In this document: piece after piece, positions 18,918 through 29,453 of the stretch
Position numbering within the stretch: the first letter of the stretch is position 1
Layout: every line of letters begins with the position of its first letter
Virus record (IMG/VR): IMGVR_UViG_3300009149_000023
Coordinates: 1 to 64,000 of that record
DNA from: a virus
Length of the DNA stretch: 64,000 bases
Reading direction: 5' to 3' (one strand)
The notes under the pieces: model-generated
Databases searched by the model: none
Told to the model about the DNA's origin: nothing
What the model saw: the letters and a program-made list of their open reading frames with translations, nothing else
Position numbers and translations under genes: made by a program

Positions 18918-19651
18918 GCCTTTGGTACATATTCAGATACAGAGCAAAACGAATGTTTTGTCTTATGTTGAGAAGAATTGCCATTAATTTAAATCAGGAG
19001 GACTTAATGAGTTCACGGTACAATCACATGCTGAAAGTTGTCAGCACAAAAAACAAGCTAAGGTATTCGGTGCTTAAAGGTTTTGTAGAAGTAGTTTCTA
19101 ACTACAATCCTTTTTTGTACGAGGTTGACGAAGCTTCGTGGGAAGAGATGTCTAAATATAGCACAGTGTGGGAACCTCTATTCAGAGATCATCACTCGCT
19201 TTATTTTAAAGACTTCAAACCAACAGAAGTCGAACTAAAAAATATGTATTGTGCTTATTACGGATTATGCAAAGTGCCTTACCACAAAGTAGCCTTGAGG
19301 GCAAACTTTAAGGAAAATCCATATGTACTTATTCAACAACCTATTAAGAACCTGGAAGTAGCTGCTGAACATCTTAAGACAATGGCAGCACATTTTCCTC
19401 ATATTAAAGAACCTTTCAAGTGGGCAGTAGCTTCAGTTGCTTATTTCTCAGATCCTATTAAGATAATGGATATGATAAAAGCAATTAAGTCAACTACAGT
19501 CGGCGATGCTGTGCAGCATCCTGACGCCTTGCAGAAGGCCCTGAGAAAGGGGTTTGGTGATCAAGCTGACTCTTTAATCGACTTGGTAGATAATTTTAGG
19601 ATAGCACAAGAGAAATACCAAAAAGAAGAATTGGAAATGATGGTTAGTTAA
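18914..19651 (+). CDS. Lytic transglycosylase (SLT)-fold protein, catalytic Glu apparently replaced
   Basis: LKGFVEVVSNYNP (cf. AII..ES.FNP), YYGLCKV (cf. GLMQV), QPIKNLEVAAEHL (cf. DP..NI..GA.YL), AVASVAYFSDP (cf. ALAAYNxGP). Confidence 0.55.
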   Translation: MSLWYIFRYRAKRMFCLMLRRIAINLNQEDLMSSRYNHMLKVVSTKNKLRYSVLKGFVEVVSNYNPFLYEVDEASWEEMSKYSTVWEPLFRDHHSLYFKDFKPTEVELKNMYCAYYGLCKVPYHKVALRANFKENPYVLIQQPIKNLEVAAEHLKTMAAHFPHIKEPFKWAVASVAYFSDPIKIMDMIKAIKSTTVGDAVQHPDALQKALRKGFGDQADSLIDLVDNFRIAQEKYQKEELEMMVS

Positions 19652-19679
19652 GACTGTTCGTATCTCCTAGTACGACAAC

Positions 19680-19730
19680 ATAAAAGAGACTCTGTACGTA
19701 AATGCGTAAAAGGAGTCTCTTTTATTTTTA
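19680..19730 (+). terminator. Intrinsic terminator (potentially bidirectional)
   Basis: ATAAAAGAGACTC...GAGTCTCTTTTAT inverted repeat followed by T tract. Confidence 0.75.
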
Positions 19731-19751
19731 GGTTGTTTTGCTCATATCGTT

Positions 19752-19767
19752 AAAACACAACAAGTGA
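19752..19767 (+). promoter_or_regulatory. Candidate phage-RNAP promoter motif AAAACACAACAAGTGA
   Basis: Directly after a terminator, ~35 nt before ATG 19798; 21/23 nt identical to 32986-33008. Confidence 0.65.
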
Positions 19768-19797
19768 TTGGAATAGTTCATGGAGGTATACTTAATT

Positions 19798-20364
19798 ATG
19801 AGTAAGAAAAGAGGAAAAAGTACAAAGGTCGCAAGTTGGAATTTTCTTGTAGCTAAAGATCGGATTAGAAAAGCTAAACCTTTAGTCTACAAACAATACG
19901 AGAAAGAACTAGTTGAGATAGCAAATGTGACTCGAGCACTATTTGAAAATGCTATCCTCAAGGACATGTATACTAAGCTTGCAAAACAGTTCTTTGAGCA
20001 GATTAAAGGGACTAGAACTTTAGAGCAAGCAGGCGAAATTATTAATGAATTTCTTACACTAGCAAATGAGACTTCAAAATCATCAGCTTTATTCGAAATC
20101 GACGAACAAATCAAAGATGTCGAAAAACAAGTTACCTCAATGACAGACGAAGGCAAAACTCAGGAAGAAATTGATGCTTATGTTGAAGAGCACCTAACTG
20201 CTCCTTTACAAAAGGTATATGAAGATTTAGAATCTGATGGTTTAGTTGAGGATGGCATATTAGCTGATGCTGAAAAAATACTTCAAGAAATTGAAGACGA
20301 GGAAAACCAAGCCGAGGGGGAAATAGATAATGGTAACACTGACGAGTCTGTATCGCTACGCTAA
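19798..20364 (+). CDS. Hypothetical protein, basic N-terminus and acidic C-terminus
   Basis: Start moved to ATG 19798 (RBS GGAGG). Confidence 0.6.
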   Translation: MSKKRGKSTKVASWNFLVAKDRIRKAKPLVYKQYEKELVEIANVTRALFENAILKDMYTKLAKQFFEQIKGTRTLEQAGEIINEFLTLANETSKSSALFEIDEQIKDVEKQVTSMTDEGKTQEEIDAYVEEHLTAPLQKVYEDLESDGLVEDGILADAEKILQEIEDEENQAEGEIDNGNTDESVSLR

Positions 20365-21049
20365 ACAAAAATTAGGACTACCTTATGTAGAATTTGAAAA
20401 GTCAGATGATGAGCTTTTCGAAATACTTAAAGAAACAACCATGCCTACTTTTAATCGTTACTTCCCTCATGTTAATAATATGGCACTTGACACACGTTTA
20501 GCTGAAAACTTAACAGATATTCCAAATGAGTATTGGTTAAGAGATCCAGACAATCAAGAAATATTTTCAGTTAGCAAAGTGTTAGATGTATATAACACGT
20601 TAATTGTTCATGGTTATCCTATTGATGTAGCATTCAGACAGTTTGATGATATTCCTAACTGGGCGTTAAGTGTAGATAGAGCTGAAACAGCTTATCTGTA
20701 TTCACCTGCTAGAATGACTTTTTCTTTTATGCCTCCAAACAAAATCAGAGTAATGCCTTCTAATTCAATCTCGGGCGGAGTGTTTACTGTGCAATATGAA
20801 AGAGGTCATAAAGACGATTTAAGCACACTTCAGAATCAATACGAGCATTATCTTAAAGAACTTTTTCTAGCTGATTGCAAACTTGAAATAGGTAACATAA
20901 GAAAGAAGTATCAGAACTTCACAACACCTTTTGGAGAGATTCCTCTGAATGGTGATGATCTTATTTCTCAAGGAACTGCAGAAAGAGAAAAGTTATATTC
21001 TGAGTTTGAAGAAAAAGCTCTGCCGAATATTCTAATCAAAGTCGGATAA
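20330..21049 (+). CDS. Neck/head-tail adaptor protein, T4 gp13-like
   Basis: YAKQKLGLPYVEFE...YLKELFLADCKLEIGNIRKKY...IPLNGDDLISQGTAEREKL...ILIKVG. Confidence 0.8.
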   Translation: MVTLTSLYRYAKQKLGLPYVEFEKSDDELFEILKETTMPTFNRYFPHVNNMALDTRLAENLTDIPNEYWLRDPDNQEIFSVSKVLDVYNTLIVHGYPIDVAFRQFDDIPNWALSVDRAETAYLYSPARMTFSFMPPNKIRVMPSNSISGGVFTVQYERGHKDDLSTLQNQYEHYLKELFLADCKLEIGNIRKKYQNFTTPFGEIPLNGDDLISQGTAEREKLYSEFEEKALPNILIKVG

Positions 21050-21073
21050 GTACTAACAGGAGGATTACGCATA

Positions 21074-21721
21074 ATGACGTTTGCATTTGATATTGATGGA
21101 GTTATTGTTGATGTTAATAAAACAGTGCAGCAATATCTCAGAAAAACACATAACCTAACATACAAACAATTAGGTGTACAATATATCTGGCCTAAGCGTT
21201 TGTCTGAGTTTGAAGGTGTATTTGATGAGATGATTCGTCTTGATATAGAAAGGTTCATCTTTCAATCTTTCGATTATATACAAGACAGCATTTACCGTAC
21301 AGCCATCCTAAGCTCAATGAAGACTTTAGGCAAACAAGGACATAAAATTTACATAATTACCAATAGGCCCATTTATACAAAAGATGTTACACGACAGTGC
21401 TTTCCTGAAGATGTAGCTGAACATATAGAAGATTTCTTATTCTTTGAAGAAGGCATAGATACAGAAGGTAATGAAGACCTTTTTAAAATTAAAAGATGTC
21501 AATCGGTTAATGTTGACGTTTTAATAGATGATCGTGCTGATAATATAAAAGCTTTCGCAGAAACTACTAAGCATGGATTTTGGTTTGTCGATGAGATTCC
21601 TGAGGCAGATAGAATCAATGAAATTACAAAGTTAAACTCTGTTATTGTGTGTGACAGCAGTAACTTAAAGAAAAAACTCAGAGAGGTAATATACAATGTC
21701 AACTCGTCTGAAAGACACTGA
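21074..21721 (+). CDS. HAD-family 5'(3')-deoxyribonucleotidase-like protein
   Basis: FDIDGVI motif I, IITNR motif II, K, LIDDRADN motif IV. Confidence 0.8.
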   Translation: MTFAFDIDGVIVDVNKTVQQYLRKTHNLTYKQLGVQYIWPKRLSEFEGVFDEMIRLDIERFIFQSFDYIQDSIYRTAILSSMKTLGKQGHKIYIITNRPIYTKDVTRQCFPEDVAEHIEDFLFFEEGIDTEGNEDLFKIKRCQSVNVDVLIDDRADNIKAFAETTKHGFWFVDEIPEADRINEITKLNSVIVCDSSNLKKKLREVIYNVNSSERH

Positions 21722-24569
21722 AAAATTCTGTGCCAAACTGATCCCCGTTACCTCTCCTTCTGTATTTAGAAAATTAGGAGAAACTGTAACCTTTGATGAG
21801 AAAGGTATTCTTTCTTATGAGATCTTTGGTACTAATGAGAATGAAAGAAGGGTAAGACACTCTTTCATTAATCTAAAGAATGTTCAAGTTCTTCATCCTA
21901 TTCTATACGATAAACTGAAAATTAATAGTAAGTTAAAAAACATTCTATATAATAAAGGTTCTTACATTATTAAGGGTGGCGAGCTTATTGCTGACCCAAA
22001 TGGAGATACAGGCATATCATTTTTTAAGTCTATTGTAGGAAGATATAAGCCTGAATCAGCTGCTATTCAAAAAGTCTTTGATATTATTAAAGTATCACCT
22101 TTTGCTTTCTTAAATAAGATTATTGTGATACCTCCTGCATTCAGAGAGACTGGAAAAGAATTAGTTTATAGAACCGTAACGGATCTCAATAAAGCATATA
22201 CTTCTTTAATTCGTGCAGCTAATGCAATTGCGGCTTCGGGAGACGCTGATGCTTACTCGGCTGAAATACAAAGGCTCATGGAAAATCTATATATTGCTAT
22301 TAAAGCACAAATTGGTTCCAAAGACGGAATATCAAGATCAAATATTCAAGGAAAACGTTTAGACTTTTCAGGTCGCGCTGTTATTACAATGGACCTGTCC
22401 TTAAAAATAGATGAATGTATTCTTCCTTTAGTTATAGCATTAAAAATGTTTGAACCTTTCATAATTGCTGAGTTTAAGAAACAGCCCGGACGTAAGCCAG
22501 GCGACTATTTAATTTATGATATGTTACAAGATGTTTATGATAATCTTGATGCCAGTGACTATTATGAAGAAGTTAAGAAAGTAATAGATTCAATTGCCGC
22601 AACACGCCTTGTGCTGCTTAATCGTGCACCTTCTCTACATAAACTATCACTGCTTGCATTCAAACCGCGCATAACCTTAGATAAGGTTATCAAACTAAAT
22701 CCTTTTATACTTGATGGATACAATGCTGACTTTGATGGTGACCAGATGGGTGTATACAGTCCTTTGACAAGACAAGGACAAGAGGAAGCTAAAAAACTTC
22801 TACCTTCCAATAACTTATTTAATGTAGCTTCAAGAAAGATATCAACACAGCTTTCTGAAAACTTTGCGTTATACTTATATTATAGTACTGCATGGGAGTC
22901 AACTTCTGCACCCGCAAGTAAGTTAGACACTAATAAAAAGAATCTTGATTTCTTTAGACGTGTTACACTTAAAGGAGAAACAGCTACCGTAGGCAGATGG
23001 TTATTAACTCTTGCTATTAGAGAAGCTGTCTTGGATGATAAGTATCCTATAATTAAGCAGCCTATAAATAAATCAATATTTAGTCAAATGTTATCTGATA
23101 TCTTTATGAAGTATGGTAAGAATGCTTTGATAGGTGTGCTGTATAAAGTTAGAGATTTGACCATGGAATATGGTTCATTACTACCAGACGTACTTCCTGA
23201 AATAAAACTTAGTGACACTGCTAAGAAAGAGCTCCTTCCTAAAATAGAAGAATTAAAACATACTCCTGATGTATGGGATGATATTGTAAGTATAGTAAAA
23301 AGAGATATAAGAAATCATCAAAAGAACTTATACATTCTTCTTGAATCTAAAACAACTAAGCTTGACTGGAATAAGATTACACAGGCGTTAGTTGCTAAAG
23401 GCTATACTCAAACACTTTCAGGTGAGAACAAATTAATGACATCAAGTCAGCTCGATGGTTTAACACAAGAAGAACTTTTAGTGGATACTTCTAATGCTAG
23501 AAGAGGTATTGTTGACAGAGCTCTTATGACAGGTAAGCCTGGTTATTTAACCAGAAAGCTAATTTTTGCATTAGGCTCAACATTACTACATCCTACATTA
23601 AAAGATTGTGGAACTAGCAGAACACTAAAACTAAGAGTAAACAAGAATCATGTTAATAGCTTAGTAGGAAGATATGCTTTATTAAATGGTAAGCTAGTTT
23701 TACTTGAGAAAGCTGATGCTGAAAAATTAGTAGGAAGTACAATCAATGTAAGGTCTCCTGCCTACTGTAAGAGTAAACAAATATGCCATACTTGTTATGG
23801 CATGCTAAGCAAATATGTGAACTCAAAGAACATAGGTATTATAGCTTCTCAAGCTATAGGCGAGTTAGGTACTCAGATGATTATGAGAACCTTCCATGTA
23901 GATACTCTTGTTACTACAGCTAAAAAGACATTACCTACTATTAAAGAATTTAAGTTAACAGATGCAGGTTATGTAGCGATGCAGCCTGTGGTAATACATT
24001 TAAAGAAAGACGATATAGAAGAAAGGTCTGACTTTAGTATAGTAACAAAAGCTATTACTGTCAACGATGCACGATACGATTTTGTATTTACTGTTTCCTT
24101 ATTAGCTGTCGAAGACTCAAGAGAAACAGCAACTACACTAGAGTTAGCATTTCCTAAAGGAGCTATTCCTCTATTCGGAGGCTCAACAGGACATCTAAGG
24201 GATAAGATATCTGAAGTTGATGGTTTATTTGAATTAAGTCAGAAACTAAAAATTAGAGATGCCACAGCATTACTAGAAAGACTATTTGATGAATATTATA
24301 CGCTTGGTAAACTAGATCATGTACATTTTGAATTGTTTATAGGTGCTATGATGAGAAGTAAAGCTAAGCCTGAAATTCCTTTCAGATTATCAACTGATAC
24401 AGCTTACCAATTAGTGCCTATCTCAAAAGTAGCACTTTATGAAAGTCCTCAACTTGCTTTTATATTCCAAAGACAGTCAGATGCTATTATTGCAGGACTA
24501 TATCAAGATACTCTTGAAGAAGACCCAGAAGAACGAACCAAATCCGATTTAGAAGAATATTACTACTAG
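21696..24569 (+). CDS. rpoC: DNA-directed RNA polymerase beta-prime subunit (unsplit, phage-encoded)
   Basis: GKRLDFSGRAVI, LNRAPSLH, catalytic NADFDGDQM, bridge helix ARRGIVDRALMTGKPGYLTRKL, DCGT/RSPAYC/ICHTCYG zinc site, trigger loop IGELGTQMIMRTFH. Confidence 0.97.
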   Translation: MSTRLKDTEKFCAKLIPVTSPSVFRKLGETVTFDEKGILSYEIFGTNENERRVRHSFINLKNVQVLHPILYDKLKINSKLKNILYNKGSYIIKGGELIADPNGDTGISFFKSIVGRYKPESAAIQKVFDIIKVSPFAFLNKIIVIPPAFRETGKELVYRTVTDLNKAYTSLIRAANAIAASGDADAYSAEIQRLMENLYIAIKAQIGSKDGISRSNIQGKRLDFSGRAVITMDLSLKIDECILPLVIALKMFEPFIIAEFKKQPGRKPGDYLIYDMLQDVYDNLDASDYYEEVKKVIDSIAATRLVLLNRAPSLHKLSLLAFKPRITLDKVIKLNPFILDGYNADFDGDQMGVYSPLTRQGQEEAKKLLPSNNLFNVASRKISTQLSENFALYLYYSTAWESTSAPASKLDTNKKNLDFFRRVTLKGETATVGRWLLTLAIREAVLDDKYPIIKQPINKSIFSQMLSDIFMKYGKNALIGVLYKVRDLTMEYGSLLPDVLPEIKLSDTAKKELLPKIEELKHTPDVWDDIVSIVKRDIRNHQKNLYILLESKTTKLDWNKITQALVAKGYTQTLSGENKLMTSSQLDGLTQEELLVDTSNARRGIVDRALMTGKPGYLTRKLIFALGSTLLHPTLKDCGTSRTLKLRVNKNHVNSLVGRYALLNGKLVLLEKADAEKLVGSTINVRSPAYCKSKQICHTCYGMLSKYVNSKNIGIIASQAIGELGTQMIMRTFHVDTLVTTAKKTLPTIKEFKLTDAGYVAMQPVVIHLKKDDIEERSDFSIVTKAITVNDARYDFVFTVSLLAVEDSRETATTLELAFPKGAIPLFGGSTGHLRDKISEVDGLFELSQKLKIRDATALLERLFDEYYTLGKLDHVHFELFIGAMMRSKAKPEIPFRLSTDTAYQLVPISKVALYESPQLAFIFQRQSDAIIAGLYQDTLEEDPEERTKSDLEEYYY

Positions 24570-24578
24570 GAGGCAGCT

Positions 24579-27500
24579 TTGTATCTGCAAAGATTTAGAT
24601 TATTTAGTTCACGAGACCCTAAACTCCGGTTTGAAGACGAAGGTTATAGAATATTTACTATAGTGGAGAATTCAACTTTTCCTAAACTATATCCTAAGTC
24701 AGGCCTCATGAAAGAAGATTGCCGTATTGTAGTAATCCCTAAAGTTCAGACAAAGTTTGGTTTAGTGCAGACTGCTAAATTAAAATCCGATTACTCCGCA
24801 ACTAAATTAGTTTCGTATATTGATACACATACTATTAAAGAATCCGATAAGAATGCTTATATAGACTTAACACCTGTAATGGACTTTATGCGCCCACGTT
24901 TAAAAAGGTTTGATTCAGATGTTGCCTACAGAACATTTATGGCTATGATGGATAACCTAGATACAGGTCCAGGTAAAAAAGTTTTACTTTATATGCTTGA
25001 TATGACAAGGCCTGCAGCATTACGATTAACAGAGATGTATATAGCTGTATTGATTTATGCTATGATGCGAAGAAAGACTATGCCTTTCCATACAGTAATG
25101 TTTGGTGCTATTGGCGGTGGTAGTAAGTTTAGAAAGATTTATGAAGCTGACGATTCGTTAAACAGTTATCAAAAGATTATATCAACTATGAGGACTGAAC
25201 TTTCACATATGAGTTCAGGTGCCATGTCTATTGCAATGGCGCAGCAAATTAGCGAAGACTTAGATGTGCCTACAGAAAAGGTAATTCCTATTATAAAGAC
25301 TCTAATAAGTGATACACCCCCTGAGCAAAGATCTAGACTTATAAACCTCGCAAATGCTGATCCTAAGAAGATTAGGGAAATAGTAGTTAAGACTTCTCAG
25401 AAGATGACAGGGCATACTATCATTAAAGATCTACCTTTACAGCTAAAGAAAGTTGAAATGAAAACTTTGTCTGCTGATATGCCTAGTGCACAAATTACAC
25501 AAGTAACGGAGTTAACAAAAGCTAAGCAACCTGTTACTTCACTTGATATAAGTTCAGATCTTAATACACATTTAGTTATTCCTAGGATGACTTTAAACGT
25601 TAATTCAGTATCATTAGCTCCTTTAGTTAATCATGTTACTGGTAAAGAGTTTTCAACTACGTTGGATGTTAGCCCTAATCCTAAGTTTTCAGGAACTAAC
25701 CTTATTAAAGTTAAGATTGTTGATTCCAAGACAAATAAAACACAGGACATCGAAGCAATTATCCCTAACTTAAAGTCTGATGGATCCTTTAAGATGTATG
25801 GACAAACATATACACTTAAGAAACAAATTGCGTCACTTCCTGTAGCAAAGTATAAAGAGAATGAGATTTCTATTGAAACATTACTGACTAACTTTAAGCT
25901 TGTTCGCAAAAAAGTAGGGCATAAAGTTTATATCAATTTCAGTAAGTATACTTCACTGCCTTTATTCTATTATTTAGCTGCTGTTATAGGACCAGAAGCT
26001 CTTTGTAAGAAACTAGACATCGAGGTCACTAAAACAGGAAAAGGTTTAACACTGCAACCTAAAGGTGGCTTAGGTTCAATAATTTCTCCAAAGATGCTAG
26101 AATCAACTGACAAAGACTACTTTAAAAAAGAGTTAGAGAAGATGATAGGTAACAGAGGATTAATTCACTACTTAGTAGAGAAGCTTCCAGAAAAAGCAAT
26201 AGATCCTAGCACGCTTGATTTACTTAAAACATCTAAGATGCCAACTAATTTTATTGATATGATTATATTTGCAGCAACAAAACTGGTTAAGGATTTACCG
26301 GAAGCTCCTAATGACCTACATCATAGAAGAATAAGATCAACAGAAGTAGTTAATAAGATATTCTTATCTGGCTTAGATAGAGCACTTAGTACTTATAAAC
26401 AGGATGTAGCTTCTGGTAGAGTAGATGCTGACATTGTAATTGATCCTAACTTTGTTATGAATACTTTGAGAGAAACGGGTGCTATAGACTTTGCGGAAAG
26501 TAAACCTAATCCTGTAGCAGAAATTGCTAGTAAGAATAAAGTAAATTATTCAGGCTATGCTACGTTTAGATCAGAGAATACTCCTATAGCTTTTAGAGAT
26601 ATTCATCCGTCACAGAAAGGATTACTTGATCCAATCGAAACAGCAAAAGATTCTTCAGTGGGAGATCAATTATATTTAACAGTATCTCCTAACATAATGT
26701 CTAATAATAATCTTTTTGTTCCTACAAGCAACCCTGATTCAATGCTAGGCTATACAACTAGCTTAACTCCTTTTCTTGAATCTTCTGCTACCGCACGTAC
26801 AAACATGGGAACCTCTCATACAAAGCAAGCAGTACCTATAGTTGAGTCTGAAGCACCTTTTGTTATGAGTGGTATAGAAGGTGTCTATAAAGACATTACT
26901 TCTGACAAGTTTATTACTAAGTCACCTGTAGACGGAAAAGTTACTTCTATTAAGAAAACTTATATGACTATTACAGACAAGGCTAAAAAGACACATAAGA
27001 TCAATCTTGTTAAACCGCATATTACTACAGGAACAGGTATAGCAATAAATAATGTACATGCACCCGTTGTAAGTGTAGGTGATAACGTAAAGGTAAAGGA
27101 TATCCTAGCTGAAAACTTTACCTTCAAAGGCGGCATTCTTGCTATAGGAAAGAACTTGCTCTGTGCCTTTGCTTTATACAATTCTACTAATTACATGGAT
27201 GGTGTTATCATATCATCACATTTAAAAGAGAGCATGGCTGTTGAAGAGATTAGTAAAAAAGTAGTGTATGTAAATCCTGAAACAGATAGAATACTTCATT
27301 TTCATTCTAAGCTAGGACCTATTGGAAAGAATACAACGCTTATTAAGTATGATACTTCTGCTTTTAACATAGCAGCTTATGAAAGGTCAGTAGTTACAGT
27401 AAAAGGAAATGCTATAGGATCATTAGAAGCTATTGTATTAAAAGCACCTAAGAAGTCCTTAGCAGATGAGCTGTTACGAAAACTTCCAGACATAGATAAG

Positions 27501-28430
27501 AGTAATATAACTGTTATCATTAAGGATGACATAGATAAAACCGTCGAGCTTACATTTGAAGTTAAGTTACTGAATACTCTTAAAGTTGGAGACAAGTTTG
27601 GTAATAAGCACGGAAACAAAGGTGTTATTAATCACATCATTCCTGAAGAAGAAACTCCTTACATTGTAGAAGATGGAAGATGGTTAGATTGTGTATTAAA
27701 TCCTTTGGGACTGTTTGGTCGAACTAACTGGGGACAGTATAAAGAATTATTGGTGTCTGCTATATTGTATGAGTTTAACAAACAGTTTGTAGAGATATAC
27801 AAAGTCAAAGGAAGGAAAGCAGCTTCTGAATATTTTGCTTCTTCTGCTGTTAAGTTAAACAAGATTAAAGATTATGACAAACTAATTCTTTCTAGGCTTA
27901 ACAGGATGTCTGACAAACAGATGAAGGAATTAGTTACTAGCATTAAAAAGGAAGAGCAATTACTTCCTATACACATTCCTCCATTCAAGAGTGCTTCGTA
28001 TAGTGATCTATTAGCATTAGGAGAACAGCTAAATGTAGTTAAGACTATTAGATGTCCTGAACTTGGTAAAGATATTAGAGCATTAGTAGGTTACATGTAT
28101 TTCCATAGGCTAGAGCATTTACCTGAGTACAAATTAAATGCTAGGTCTACAGGTGTTTATAGATACAGAACTAAGCAGCCTGTTGCTGGAAAGAAGATGA
28201 TGGGTGGACAAAGATTTGGAGAAATGGAAAATTGGTGTTTACTTTCACATGATTGTCCTACAATAATGCAAGAGTTTAAGACAGTGCAGTCTGATGACTT
28301 TGATTATAAGAATAAAGTTATAACACAGATACTAAATGGTGAAGTTCCTGAAATGCCTGCAACTAAACAGCATACTGCAATTTACGATATGTTCAAAGCT
28401 TTAATGACCGGGTTGCATATAGATATTTAA
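24579..28430 (+). CDS. rpoB: DNA-directed RNA polymerase beta subunit (unsplit, with long N-terminal extension)
   Basis: FRDIHPSQKGLLDPIET, RTNMGTSHTKQAVP, GDKFGNKHGNKGVI, LNPLGLFGRTNWGQ, LEHLPEYKLNARS, GGQRFGEMENWCL; TTG start with RBS GGAGG. Confidence 0.96.
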   Translation: MYLQRFRLFSSRDPKLRFEDEGYRIFTIVENSTFPKLYPKSGLMKEDCRIVVIPKVQTKFGLVQTAKLKSDYSATKLVSYIDTHTIKESDKNAYIDLTPVMDFMRPRLKRFDSDVAYRTFMAMMDNLDTGPGKKVLLYMLDMTRPAALRLTEMYIAVLIYAMMRRKTMPFHTVMFGAIGGGSKFRKIYEADDSLNSYQKIISTMRTELSHMSSGAMSIAMAQQISEDLDVPTEKVIPIIKTLISDTPPEQRSRLINLANADPKKIREIVVKTSQKMTGHTIIKDLPLQLKKVEMKTLSADMPSAQITQVTELTKAKQPVTSLDISSDLNTHLVIPRMTLNVNSVSLAPLVNHVTGKEFSTTLDVSPNPKFSGTNLIKVKIVDSKTNKTQDIEAIIPNLKSDGSFKMYGQTYTLKKQIASLPVAKYKENEISIETLLTNFKLVRKKVGHKVYINFSKYTSLPLFYYLAAVIGPEALCKKLDIEVTKTGKGLTLQPKGGLGSIISPKMLESTDKDYFKKELEKMIGNRGLIHYLVEKLPEKAIDPSTLDLLKTSKMPTNFIDMIIFAATKLVKDLPEAPNDLHHRRIRSTEVVNKIFLSGLDRALSTYKQDVASGRVDADIVIDPNFVMNTLRETGAIDFAESKPNPVAEIASKNKVNYSGYATFRSENTPIAFRDIHPSQKGLLDPIETAKDSSVGDQLYLTVSPNIMSNNNLFVPTSNPDSMLGYTTSLTPFLESSATARTNMGTSHTKQAVPIVESEAPFVMSGIEGVYKDITSDKFITKSPVDGKVTSIKKTYMTITDKAKKTHKINLVKPHITTGTGIAINNVHAPVVSVGDNVKVKDILAENFTFKGGILAIGKNLLCAFALYNSTNYMDGVIISSHLKESMAVEEISKKVVYVNPETDRILHFHSKLGPIGKNTTLIKYDTSAFNIAAYERSVVTVKGNAIGSLEAIVLKAPKKSLADELLRKLPDIDKSNITVIIKDDIDKTVELTFEVKLLNTLKVGDKFGNKHGNKGVINHIIPEEETPYIVEDGRWLDCVLNPLGLFGRTNWGQYKELLVSAILYEFNKQFVEIYKVKGRKAASEYFASSAVKLNKIKDYDKLILSRLNRMSDKQMKELVTSIKKEEQLLPIHIPPFKSASYSDLLALGEQLNVVKTIRCPELGKDIRALVGYMYFHRLEHLPEYKLNARSTGVYRYRTKQPVAGKKMMGGQRFGEMENWCLLSHDCPTIMQEFKTVQSDDFDYKNKVITQILNGEVPEMPATKQHTAIYDMFKALMTGLHIDI

Positions 28431-28529
28431 AAATCCCCGTGTAATTTCTCATAACAGTAGTATTTGTTATTATGGACAAATTAAACCCAGTTTTTATGTA
28501 CGAGGGTGCAAGATTAAACTTAGAGGAAA

Positions 28530-28883
28530 ATGATGGCTAAATTTTCTTCTGATAATCCTATTATTATTGTAGATAAAGGTGTTATAAATTTAATTCCTAT
28601 ACTAAGGGATGCTGTTATTTTAGTAGCAGTAAAACATCCTGAAAAGGGAAATAAGTATACAGCTCGTATAACTACTACATTAGGAAATACTTACAATCTA
28701 GGCTTATGGGATACAAGAGACGATGCCGAAACTTTTTTGCATGTTTTAGGTGATCTACTTTACGAGTATGCTGAAAATATTCAGAAATCGGAAAACTTTC
28801 CTGAAATGATGATGAAAACAACATCACAATCAGATGATATAGATACTAAGAAATTCTCAAGGATGTTAAGGTTTGATGATTAA
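28530..28883 (+). CDS. Hypothetical protein
   Basis: 117 aa, RBS GAGG. Confidence 0.55.
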   Translation: MMAKFSSDNPIIIVDKGVINLIPILRDAVILVAVKHPEKGNKYTARITTTLGNTYNLGLWDTRDDAETFLHVLGDLLYEYAENIQKSENFPEMMMKTTSQSDDIDTKKFSRMLRFDD

Positions 28884-28988
28884 CTTTAACATATCATATT
28901 CAACAAGTCTGTTGACTCATTCACAATCTTTTTTAAACTTTGTAGATAATTTGCTGCCATTATACAGTTTTTATACAGGAGGTGCATA

Positions 28989-29171
28989 ATGTCTTGGGAA
29001 ACTACTTATATGCTTATGAGGCAAAATAGCTATACGTTTCTATGTGTAGGAGTACTACTAGCTGAATGTGGCTTGTTTTACTGGGCCTTTACATTAAAGC
29101 AGTGTGCGAAGAAAGAAGCTAGACTAGTTGAACAAGCACTTGGTAAAGTTAGGAAGATAACTAATGATTAA
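28989..29171 (+). CDS. Small membrane protein
   Basis: RBS GGAGG; hydrophobic FLCVGVLLAECGLFYWAF. Confidence 0.5.
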   Translation: MSWETTYMLMRQNSYTFLCVGVLLAECGLFYWAFTLKQCAKKEARLVEQALGKVRKITND

Positions 29172-29445
29172 TTTTCTAAAACTTAAGTGCAGGTTCGCGG
29201 AGATGGTTAATTTGAGGCTTTTACTAGAACAATGTGTCTCTATTACGAAACAAACATCAAACCACGACTCTGTACCCATAATAGTTTGTTATCTTCCAGG
29301 AAATGGTAATCAAGTATTTTACTATGAAAGTCACCAAGAGAATCTGCGTGACGCTGACTATGACAGATTATTCATGTATTTAAATGACATACAAGATACA
29401 AAAGAAAAACAACTCACTAGAAAATTAAATATGGAAGATAATTGA
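29164..29445 (+). CDS. Hypothetical protein
   Basis: 93 aa, overlapping neighbours. Confidence 0.5.
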   Translation: MINFLKLKCRFAEMVNLRLLLEQCVSITKQTSNHDSVPIIVCYLPGNGNQVFYYESHQENLRDADYDRLFMYLNDIQDTKEKQLTRKLNMEDN

Positions 29446-29453
29446 GGTAGTTT

